From Oscillospiraceae bacterium (lineage in GTDB: Bacteria > Bacillota > Clostridia > Oscillospirales > Ruminococcaceae): 57,531 bases of DNA. The translations under genes were made by a program, and so were the position numbers. Position 1 is the first letter of the stretch. Each line of letters starts with the position of its first letter. The notes below the pieces were generated by a model. It saw only the letters and a program-made list of their open reading frames with translations. It was not told the origin of the DNA and made no database searches. The DNA is taken from contig JAVVVT010000001.1 of assembly GCA_036652515.1 (NCBI GenBank), forward strand, positions 1 through 57,531, given 5' to 3'. Shown piece by piece: positions 46,665 to 54,770 of the stretch.

Positions 46665-47057
46665 ATGAAGAGTATCAAGCCGGGCAGAGGCCCCTCAATG
46701 ATGAACGCCATCGGTTCGGTGTTCACCTGCATATTTGGCATCTTTTGGACAATAACCGCAATTTCAATGGGAGCGCCCTTTACCTTTTGGGTTTTCGGTG
46801 TCATCTTTGTTGCTATGGGCATCGTACAGGCAGTTTATCATTTTAAAAACTCTGTGGGGAAAAATCGTTTTTCCACCTTTGATATAACCGACGAAAAGGA
46901 AGAGAGCGACCCCTTTGAAGAAAAATTTTCAGACAATGACAGCCCCCTGCCTTTCGAAAAAGAGGACGGCAAGGGTGATGTATTTTGTCCCTATTGCGGC
47001 ACTGCCACATCGGGAGATTTCATCTATTGCCCAAAATGTGGCAAGCAGTTGCCATAA
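46665..47057 (+). CDS. Membrane protein with C-terminal zinc-ribbon
   Basis: ATG 46665 lies 7 nt after GGAGGT. Two predicted TM helices, an acidic linker, and a CPYCG...CPKCG zinc ribbon. Confidence 0.7.
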   Translation: MKSIKPGRGPSMMNAIGSVFTCIFGIFWTITAISMGAPFTFWVFGVIFVAMGIVQAVYHFKNSVGKNRFSTFDITDEKEESDPFEEKFSDNDSPLPFEKEDGKGDVFCPYCGTATSGDFIYCPKCGKQLP

Positions 47058-47081
47058 ACCCGAAAATTCACAGCAAAAACT

Positions 47082-47122
47082 CACCCTTAGAGCAATAAAA
47101 TGCTTTTGAGGGTGTTTATTTT
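47082..47122 (+). terminator. Intrinsic terminator after the zinc-ribbon gene
   Basis: CACCCTTAGAGCA...TGCTTTTGAGGGTG followed by TTTATTTT. Confidence 0.65.
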
Positions 47123-47461
47123 AACAAAAAATACTGCTTTTTTTAGTCAAATCTTATATTTTATTTAAGATTTTTCAGATAACTGATTTTTATCACATCT
47201 ATATATTACAATTTGTTTACAGTTAATCCTTGAAATTGCAACAAAAGTACACAGCAATTTGTACATCACTTACAATGAATAGGCGGTATAATTGTGTCTA
47301 TTTAATAGAATATGGGTAAAAGTATATACATAAATTACAATTAGATGTATAATATGAGACAATATTATGGGGCTGTGTGCCTTGTAAGTTGGATTAAAAT
47401 GAATGGCAAATCTTGAAAACGAAAGTAAATTTTACTTTCATACTTAAAAGGAGCTTTTGTT

Positions 47462-47815
47462 ATGATAAAATTTTATACCCCTTTGGGCAAAATCAGCCTC
47501 ACCAATGACTATTTTGCAGGCTTGGTGGGTAACGCTATCATCAGCTGCTACGGTGTCGCCGGTATGAGTTTTGCAGGGCCGGCAGACAATGTTAAAACTC
47601 TGCTTTTTGGCTCTGATATCCCTGAAAAAGGCGTTGTCGTCTCTGAAGATAATGGTGAATTGATTATAGATTTACACATAAAGGTTATTTTTGGGGTGAA
47701 CATCGCCACAATTGTGGAAAATATCACCGAAAAAGTGAGATACGCCGTGGAGCAGGCGACTAGTTTAAAAGTGCGCTCAATCAACGTCTCGGTGGACGAT
47801 ATCATCAGCGAGTGA
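47462..47815 (+). CDS. Asp23/Gls24 family envelope stress protein (YloU-like)
   Basis: 117 aa. ISLTNDYFAGLVGNAIISCYGVAGM and an Asp23-like C-terminus. Lies upstream of the DAK2-domain yloV homolog. Confidence 0.85.
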   Translation: MIKFYTPLGKISLTNDYFAGLVGNAIISCYGVAGMSFAGPADNVKTLLFGSDIPEKGVVVSEDNGELIIDLHIKVIFGVNIATIVENITEKVRYAVEQATSLKVRSINVSVDDIISE

Positions 47816-47820
47816 TTAAT

Positions 47821-47950
47821 TCTGGCGAGCAACTGCGTTTAAAATAAGGCGCAGGCGCTCGGGCGCCCTGTGTAGGGCTGGCAAAAACGCAGCTTTTGCA
47901 CCGTGGACATAATCTGTGTTCAGGTGCTGTAATGGCGGTTATCCGCCGTA
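47821..47950 (+). ncRNA. Candidate structured RNA element in the asp23-yloV spacer (family unknown)
   Basis: A GC-rich island in otherwise AT-rich intergenic DNA. A long-range helix pairs CUGCGUUU (47833-47840) with AAACGCAG (47885-47892). Nested hairpins are GGCGC/GCGCC, GCACC/GGUGC and GGCGG-UUAU-CCGCC. No U-tract follows. Confidence 0.3.
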
Positions 47951-47985
47951 AAATATAAATAAATTCTAACTTTTGAGGTGACTAA

Positions 47986-49662
47986 ATGATTACTGGAAAA
48001 ATTTTGCGTGACTGTATTATCTCGGGTGCCAACGCAATTATAAACAACAAAAGCAGTGTTGACGAGCTCAACGTATTCCCTGTTCCTGACGGAGATACGG
48101 GCACAAATATGTCAATGACAATAGGCGCTGCCAAAAAAGAGCTTCTCCTTTTAGAGGACGAATGTACCGTTGAAAAGGTTGCCAACACCACCGCCTCCTG
48201 TATGCTTCGTGGGGCAAGGGGCAACAGCGGAGTTATCTCCTCTCTGCTTTTCAGAGGTTTTTCAAAGGCACTATCAGGCAAGACAGAGGCGTCGGCGCAG
48301 GATTTGACTTTGGCATTGCGCAAGGGCGTGGACTCAGCGTATAAAGCGGTTATGAAGCCCACCGAGGGCACTATTTTAACCGTGGCGAGAGTAGCTTGCG
48401 AAAAAGCCGAAACTATGAGTGAGGTCACAGACGAGGTTCAGTTGTGGACAGCTATTGTAGATGCGGCGCAGGTGGCTTTGGAGCACACCCCCGAGCAACT
48501 TCCCGTGTTGAAAAAAGCTGGAGTTGTAGATGCCGGCGGTCAAGGGCTTGTGTACATCTTTAACGGTTTTTTAAGCGTGCTTAAAGACGGAGTTATGATT
48601 CAAAGCTTAGACAATGTGAAAACTGTTCCCACCAATTCTTTTGCGCCAAAGGGCGTTTATGCCAAAGATTTAGACCCGAATATAGTCAACGGCTATTGCA
48701 CCGAGTTCATCATCAACAAAAACGAGACCGCCAGCGCTGAAAAGCTCCGTGCCTACCTTGAAATTATCGGGGACAGCGTGGTTGTGGTGGAAGATGATGA
48801 GATAATCAAGAGCCACGTTCACACCTCCGACCCGGGGAAAGCTCTTTCCGAGGCGGTGAAACACGGCTATATGACAAACTTAAAAATTGAAAATATGTTA
48901 GAGCAGATGAGCGAGCTGTCTGAAAAAGGCAAAGGGCTTGAAAAACAAGCTGAGGACGCTTTTAGCAATGAAGAATTTAAGTATATGGCAGTTGATAACG
49001 AGGTTCCTTTCGGCTTTGTCTGCGTTGCAGCCGGCAAGGGTATCGAGGCGGTGTTCACGGATTTAGGCGCAAATGCCATCGTCACAGGCGGACAGACTAT
49101 GAACCCCTCCACCGATGATATTCTGCGTGCCATTCACTCCGTGGGCGCAAAGACGGTGTTTGTCCTTCCCAACAATAAAAATATAATAATGGCTGCCGAA
49201 CAGGCGGCGAAATTGGCTGACCGTGAGGTGGTTGTTCTTCCTACAAGGACAATTCCACAGGGAATAACTTCAATGTTGAGCTTTGATGCCACAGTCTCCA
49301 CCAAAGAAAATTCTATAAATATGAACCTTGCAGCCCAGAATGTCCAGACAGGTTCAGTGACTTTTGCCGCAAGAAATTCTGATTTTGAAGGTCATAAAAT
49401 CAAAAAAGGCGAAATACTCGCAATGGAAAACTCCAAGCTCTCCTTTGTGGAAAAGAGCGTGGAAAAAGCCGCAATCAAGCTTGCAAGACAGATGATTAAG
49501 AAGGATTCCAACTTTGTCACCGTGATTTTCGGCGAGGGCATAACCCAAGAAGAGGCGGACAAAGTGTGCGAAGGCATACAGGCAAAAGCTCCAAAAGGCG
49601 TTGAAGTATCCGCTTTAGAGGGCAACCAGCCGGTTTACTACTACCTTATCTCGGTGGAATAA
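47986..49662 (+). CDS. DAK2 domain-containing protein (YloV family)
   Basis: 558 aa. The N-terminal Dak2 motif LNVFPVPDGDTGTNM and a C-terminal YloV-type domain. Confidence 0.88.
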   Translation: MITGKILRDCIISGANAIINNKSSVDELNVFPVPDGDTGTNMSMTIGAAKKELLLLEDECTVEKVANTTASCMLRGARGNSGVISSLLFRGFSKALSGKTEASAQDLTLALRKGVDSAYKAVMKPTEGTILTVARVACEKAETMSEVTDEVQLWTAIVDAAQVALEHTPEQLPVLKKAGVVDAGGQGLVYIFNGFLSVLKDGVMIQSLDNVKTVPTNSFAPKGVYAKDLDPNIVNGYCTEFIINKNETASAEKLRAYLEIIGDSVVVVEDDEIIKSHVHTSDPGKALSEAVKHGYMTNLKIENMLEQMSELSEKGKGLEKQAEDAFSNEEFKYMAVDNEVPFGFVCVAAGKGIEAVFTDLGANAIVTGGQTMNPSTDDILRAIHSVGAKTVFVLPNNKNIIMAAEQAAKLADREVVVLPTRTIPQGITSMLSFDATVSTKENSINMNLAAQNVQTGSVTFAARNSDFEGHKIKKGEILAMENSKLSFVEKSVEKAAIKLARQMIKKDSNFVTVIFGEGITQEEADKVCEGIQAKAPKGVEVSALEGNQPVYYYLISVE

Positions 49663-49727
49663 ACCTGTATACCCATAATTTTTTACTGAAATCGGTGTTT
49701 TATCACCTTTTAAATCCCAATTGCCTA

Positions 49728-49765
49728 AACACCGTATGTATCAAAAGATATATGCGGTGTTTTGC
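49728..49765 (+). terminator. Candidate intrinsic terminator after yloV
   Basis: AACACCGTATGTATC-AAAA-GATATATGCGGTGTT (with G-U pairs) followed by TTGC. Confidence 0.5.
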
Positions 49766-49907
49766 TGTATTTATGGATAAATTTATGCTACAATGTAACT
49801 AAGCTGATTTTTAGACGAGCCACGGTTTTCGCCAGGGCAAAACCTGAGATAATGAGTTTTGAATTTTAAAGCTTAGGCGGCTGTTTTTAATATGTAAGGA
49901 ATAAATT

Positions 49908-51935
49908 ATGAGCGACATTTTGCAAAAGGACATACGATATTTAAAGGGCGTGGGAGAAAAGCGAGCCGCCCAATTCTACAAGTTAAATGTGTTTACCATT
50001 GAGGATTTGTTGTATCATTTTCCCACAAGGTATGTGGATTACTCAAGGCCTTTTCAGGTGGCTTTTGCCCCATACGAAGAGCCCTCGGTGGTTAGAGCGA
50101 CGGTTTTAAAGAAAAATTTAGGTGTCCGTGTCCGTGGTGGAAAGACATTGTTTAAGGTCATCTGCGCCGATGACACCGCACGATTGACCTTGACATTTTT
50201 CAACGCCCAATACACGGTAGAGCGCTTGGTTGTGGGGAAAGAATACCTTTTTTATGGCAAACTAAGCGGCGGAATGTTGAGCCGAGAGCTCTCCTCACCG
50301 ATTTTTATCCCGGCGGACTCCCCCGTGACCCAGCAGCCTGTCTACCCCTTGACCTCGGGACTTTACAGCTCCACCGTGAGCAAATTTATCAAGACGGCTT
50401 TAGACGAGATATGTGAAATACCGGACTATATGCCTATGGAAATATTGAATAAATATTCAATGGTGGATTTGTATACCGCAATTAAAGATGTGCATTTTGC
50501 CTCTTCAGACCTGGCTCTTGCCGCCGCCAAAGAGCGGCTTATTTTTGATGAGTTTTTCTTTTTGCAGTTGGGGCTGTCCTTGATGGCAGAAACTCAAAGC
50601 ACCCCCACAGATATAAAATTATCCACAGTGAACATCGATGATTTTCTCCAAACGCTCCCCTATACTTTGACAAATGCACAGTTTAATGCCATTAAAAGCG
50701 TACTTTTGGACTTTAAAAGTCGCCGCTCAATGAACCGCCTTTTACAGGGCGACGTGGGCAGCGGAAAGACCGTTGTAGCGGTGAGCGCTATGTATTGTAT
50801 GTGCAAAAATGGCGTACAAAGCTGTATGATGGCGCCCACAGAAATTTTGGCTTTGCAACATTATCACACGGTTACAAAAATGTTAGAGGGGCTTGGGTGC
50901 AGGGTCGAGCTGCTTACAGCAGGTGTCAAGGCAAAAGAGAAACGGGATATTTTGCAGCGGCTTGCCAATGGGGAGATAGATATATTAATCGGTACCCACT
51001 CTGTGCTAAATGAGAGCGTGGTGTTCAAAAATTTAGGGCTGTGCATCACTGATGAGCAACATCGTTTTGGGGTGAGACAGCGCAATCTAATCACCCAAAA
51101 AGGCAATAACCCCCACGTTTTAGTTATGTCTGCCACCCCTATTCCCCGCACCTTGGCTATGATAATTTACGGCAATATGCAGGTAAGCGTGATAGATGAA
51201 ATGCCCGTGGGTCGAAAAGCGGTAAAAACCTTTTTCATCGGCACAGAAAAGCGCAGCGGAATGTTTGGATTTATTGATAAGTATATTAAAATGGGACATC
51301 AAACTTACATCGTTTTGCCCTCTATTGAAGAGGGAGAAAATAATTCAGATATGCAGAGCGTCATAAAATACTGTGAAGAGGTGGTCAAGCCAATGCTGCC
51401 CCACGCCAAAGTCGGCTTGCTTCACGGCAAGTTAAAATCCTCTGAAAAGAACGCTGTTATGACCGCCTTTTCAAAGGGTGAGATAGATATTCTATGCTCC
51501 ACCACTGTGGTGGAAGTGGGGCTTGACGTGCCAAATGCAGTGCTTATGATAATCGAAAACGCCGACAGATACGGGCTTTCTGCCCTTCATCAGCTCCGTG
51601 GCAGGGTGGGGCGGAGCGACGTTCAAAGCTATTGTTTTTTGGTTTGCGACAACCAAAGCAAGAATGTGGTGGAGCGTCTGCAATTTCTCTCACAAAATCA
51701 AAGTGGCTTTGCCGTCAGCCAGTATGACTTGGAACATCGGGGCCCCGGAGACTTTTTTGGGGCAAGACAGCACGGTCTGCCAAGCTTAAAGCTCGCTCAA
51801 TTGTCTCAGGATTTATCGGTTTTACAGCACGCACAGGAAAGCGGAAAATATATCCTTTCCCAAAGCCCAAATTTAGCCCTCTACCCCAAAATCAAAGAGC
51901 GAGTGGACAAATTATTCTCTTCTCTCACTCTGTGA
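49908..51935 (+). CDS. recG: ATP-dependent DNA helicase RecG
   Basis: 675 aa. A wedge domain and the helicase motifs GDVGSGKT, DEQHRFG and SATPIPRT, with QLRGRVGR near the C-terminus. Confidence 0.95.
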   Translation: MSDILQKDIRYLKGVGEKRAAQFYKLNVFTIEDLLYHFPTRYVDYSRPFQVAFAPYEEPSVVRATVLKKNLGVRVRGGKTLFKVICADDTARLTLTFFNAQYTVERLVVGKEYLFYGKLSGGMLSRELSSPIFIPADSPVTQQPVYPLTSGLYSSTVSKFIKTALDEICEIPDYMPMEILNKYSMVDLYTAIKDVHFASSDLALAAAKERLIFDEFFFLQLGLSLMAETQSTPTDIKLSTVNIDDFLQTLPYTLTNAQFNAIKSVLLDFKSRRSMNRLLQGDVGSGKTVVAVSAMYCMCKNGVQSCMMAPTEILALQHYHTVTKMLEGLGCRVELLTAGVKAKEKRDILQRLANGEIDILIGTHSVLNESVVFKNLGLCITDEQHRFGVRQRNLITQKGNNPHVLVMSATPIPRTLAMIIYGNMQVSVIDEMPVGRKAVKTFFIGTEKRSGMFGFIDKYIKMGHQTYIVLPSIEEGENNSDMQSVIKYCEEVVKPMLPHAKVGLLHGKLKSSEKNAVMTAFSKGEIDILCSTTVVEVGLDVPNAVLMIIENADRYGLSALHQLRGRVGRSDVQSYCFLVCDNQSKNVVERLQFLSQNQSGFAVSQYDLEHRGPGDFFGARQHGLPSLKLAQLSQDLSVLQHAQESGKYILSQSPNLALYPKIKERVDKLFSSLTL

Positions 51936-51978
51936 TTTATGGTTTTTAAAGCCTATTTCTATGGGTTTTATTTTAAGG

Positions 51979-52845
51979 TTATTCTTCTTCAAAAGTCACG
52001 CAAACCACCTCGGGGCGGTTGAAAAGTCTAAAAGGAAATATGCTGTTTCCCAGCCCACGGCTGATAATTTCCGTGGTGTCATCTAACTTTTTCATACCAG
52101 CTGCATAGGGTGGAAAAAGCCCTTGATTTGGCACATAGACCCCCATATCCGTAAAAGGTATCCCGAACTGTCCCCCGTGGGCGTGCCCTGTCAATGCCAA
52201 ATTTATCTTGCCGTCACGGTAGGTGTGGATAAACTCCGGACGGTGGCTAAGGAGCACTTTAAAGGTGTCGTCCATTACATTCACCGTTAAAAGATGATTT
52301 CTAAAAGCCTTTTTGGTCACCTGGTCATCTACTTCTTTTACATAAGAGCGTGGGTCGCTAACTCCCATAATGGTTATATATTGATTGTCACGCATAAGCA
52401 TTTGCTTTTTTTCATCTAAAACTATAACCCCTAAATTTTGCAGTTTATTGTAAAATTCTTGTATATTTATTATTCTCGCCTCGTGGTTGCCACTGACGTA
52501 GTAAACCGGTGCAATACTGCAAAGCCTCTGTGCCAAGTTCAGCGCCACAGGCATATCTGTGCTCCTACTGTCCAATAAATCCCCCGTTATGGCTATTATA
52601 TCTGGGTTTTCCCCCTGGGTAAGCTTGATTATCGCCTCTTCAAGGCAGGCGGTGTTGTGATAATCGGAGATTTGAACGATTTTAAATCCCTTGAAACTTT
52701 CGGGGATTTTTTCGTCCCAATAGCTGTAACGGCTAATCCTTACACCATTATTTTCATAGTGGAGAAAGACGGCAAGTAAAATAAATCCGCTGATTAGCCC
52801 CAGCCAGATTTGAATATTTTCCCCTATAAATTGACTGATTTTCAT
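51979..52845 (-). CDS. Membrane-anchored metallophosphoesterase (calcineurin-like, YkuE/YaeI-type)
   Basis: An N-terminal TM helix and the motifs ISDYHN, GDLLD, GNHE and GHAHGG. Confidence 0.85.
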   Translation of the reverse strand: MKISQFIGENIQIWLGLISGFILLAVFLHYENNGVRISRYSYWDEKIPESFKGFKIVQISDYHNTACLEEAIIKLTQGENPDIIAITGDLLDSRSTDMPVALNLAQRLCSIAPVYYVSGNHEARIINIQEFYNKLQNLGVIVLDEKKQMLMRDNQYITIMGVSDPRSYVKEVDDQVTKKAFRNHLLTVNVMDDTFKVLLSHRPEFIHTYRDGKINLALTGHAHGGQFGIPFTDMGVYVPNQGLFPPYAAGMKKLDDTTEIISRGLGNSIFPFRLFNRPEVVCVTFEEE

Positions 52846-52941
52846 TCTTGTGACCCCACTTGCAAAAATTATCGTAAGTGCAAATCTGCTCTAAATGTGC
52901 AAATATATTTTTGTGTAATAATTGTACCATAAAATTCCCTC

Positions 52942-52979
52942 AAAAAAATGAACAAAAGGCGACCAAACTGCCGCCTTTT
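52942..52979 (-). terminator. Intrinsic terminator of the suf operon
   Basis: Minus strand reads AAAAGGCG...CGCCTTTT followed by GTTCATTTTTTT. Confidence 0.7.
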
Positions 52980-52980
52980 G

Positions 52981-53040
52981 TGATATTATTGAGAAATTTT
53001 CCGTCTGATGGCAGATTATTTCAAAAATCCGCTGATAATC
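52981..53040. repeat. About 31-bp tandem echo of the sufBD-like gene 3' end
   Basis: TGATATTATTGAGAAATTTTCCGTCTGATGG (52981-53011) compared with CAGATTATTTCAAAAATCCGCTGATAATC (53012-53040, which contains the stop at 53016-53018). Confidence 0.55.
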
Positions 53041-53936
53041 TGCTCTTCCGCCTGTTTTTCGGTGAGACCCAAGGTCATCAATTTTATAAGTTGCTCCCCT
53101 GCTATCTTGCCGATTACCGCCTCGTGGATAAGGCTCGCCTCGGTGTGGTTGGCGATAATCTCGGGGATTGCGCTCACCCTCGCCTTGTCCATAACAATGG
53201 CATCACATTCGGTATGCCCGTTGCAGGCGTTATTTCCATTTACCTTTGACAGGAACACCTGTGTGGAATTTTCTTTTGCCACACTTCTTGAGACCACATG
53301 GGTGGAGCTGCCTACCCCGTTTAAATCCACTTCAAACTTGGTGGTGGCGCTTTGGCTGCCGTGGGTGAGGATTTTTTCTCCGATAATCAGGGTTGCACCG
53401 TCCCCCAAGGTGGCTTTTGTGCTGCGGTGGGTGGAGTCCACCCCCTTTATCTGCACAGTTTCCATCTCCATATATCCATTTTCTTTGATGTCCACAATGG
53501 TTGTAGGGTTCATAATTCTCTGTCCGCTGCCGTCGCCCTCTCCGTAATGCTTTTCCACATATTTAACCTTGGCATTTTTGCCAACGAAAAAGCTGTGTAT
53601 TCCGTCGTGCTGACTGGCGGCGTCCCCGCCGTTGTGTATGCCACAACCTGCGACAATCACCACATCACAGTCGTCTCCGATGTAAAAATCGTTATAAACC
53701 ATCTCTTTTATACCGCTGTCCGAGAGCAAAACAGGTATGTGAACGCTCTCGTTTTTTGTGCCGGGTTTGATGATTATATCTATTCCGTCCTTGTCGGTCT
53801 TGGTGACTATATCAATATTTGCGGTGGTATTTCTCGCCGCACCCTTGCTGTTTGAACGTATATTGTACGCCCCTGTGGGAACCTCATGTAGGTCTGCAAT
53901 CTTTTCCAAAAGGTCCAATTGTAATTTATCTAACAT
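53016..53936 (-). CDS. SufB/SufD family Fe-S cluster assembly protein (short clostridial form)
   Basis: 306 aa. Beta-helix-type repeats with the HTECDAIVMD and ASLIHEAVIGKIAGEQL blocks typical of SufBD. Immediately downstream of sufC. Confidence 0.8.
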   Translation of the reverse strand: MLDKLQLDLLEKIADLHEVPTGAYNIRSNSKGAARNTTANIDIVTKTDKDGIDIIIKPGTKNESVHIPVLLSDSGIKEMVYNDFYIGDDCDVVIVAGCGIHNGGDAASQHDGIHSFFVGKNAKVKYVEKHYGEGDGSGQRIMNPTTIVDIKENGYMEMETVQIKGVDSTHRSTKATLGDGATLIIGEKILTHGSQSATTKFEVDLNGVGSSTHVVSRSVAKENSTQVFLSKVNGNNACNGHTECDAIVMDKARVSAIPEIIANHTEASLIHEAVIGKIAGEQLIKLMTLGLTEKQAEEQIISGFLK

Positions 53937-53940
53937 AATT

Positions 53941-54654
53941 TTACTCCTTTATATGTCCGCAAACTGCGCTATCAGATAAAATTTGAGGCATAATTTCATC
54001 TTTTGTGCCTATCTGCTGAATTTTTCCATCAGCTATAACCACAATTTTATCCGCTATCGCCAAAATTCTCTCTTGGTGTGAGATGATTAAAATATTGCCT
54101 TTTATGTTTTGGTGCATAGACTCAAAAACTCGTGTAAGGCTGGCAAAGCTCCACAAATCTATGCCGGCTTCCGGCTCATCAAAGATTGAGAGCTTGGTGC
54201 TGCGTGCCAAAATCATAGCGATTTCAATCCTTTTTAACTCGCCCCCTGACAGACTGCCGTTCACCTCTCGGTTGATATAATCTCTGGCGCAGAGCCCCAC
54301 CTCTGAAAGGTATTCGCACGCCTCGCTCACTGAAATTTTCTTGCCTGCAGCCAAAGATACCAAATCTTTAACCGTTATCCCCTTGAATTTTACAGGCTGC
54401 TGAAAGGCAAAACTTATCCCTAAATTTGCCCTCTCGGTGATTGACATATCCGTTATATCCACTCCGTCCAGCAAAATCTGACCCGAGGTGGGCTTGATAA
54501 TTCCGGCGATAATCTTTGCTAAGGTGGATTTTCCACCGCCGTTTGGCCCTGTGATAACCACAAAGCGCTCATCTATTACAAGGCTGACGTCCTTTAAAAT
54601 GTCCTTTGTACCGTTGTCTGTGACTGTATAGCTGATGTTTTTTAACTCTAACAT
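53941..54654 (-). CDS. sufC: Fe-S cluster assembly ATPase SufC
   Basis: Walker A GPNGGGKST, signature LSGGELKR, and Walker B IFDEPEAGID. Start placed at ATG 54652-54654 (GGAG 7 nt upstream). Confidence 0.88.
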   Translation of the reverse strand: MLELKNISYTVTDNGTKDILKDVSLVIDERFVVITGPNGGGKSTLAKIIAGIIKPTSGQILLDGVDITDMSITERANLGISFAFQQPVKFKGITVKDLVSLAAGKKISVSEACEYLSEVGLCARDYINREVNGSLSGGELKRIEIAMILARSTKLSIFDEPEAGIDLWSFASLTRVFESMHQNIKGNILIISHQERILAIADKIVVIADGKIQQIGTKDEIMPQILSDSAVCGHIKE

Positions 54655-54770
54655 ATTTTTCTCCATAACATTTATAGTGGGTTTATTGCTGTATATTAAT
54701 ATACACCATTTAGGTATACATTACAATGGTTTTTAAAAAAGTTTACAAATTGTACAAAATTATAGCTGAC

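Noticed and set aside
46580-46846. 88-aa ORF MAHSQGLKILIGDNKVFNYYFGNIMEV...
   Set aside because: It begins inside the nadE-derived repeats without an RBS and is out of frame with the better-supported gene. That gene starts at 46665, has a GGAGGT RBS and encodes TM helices and a zinc ribbon.
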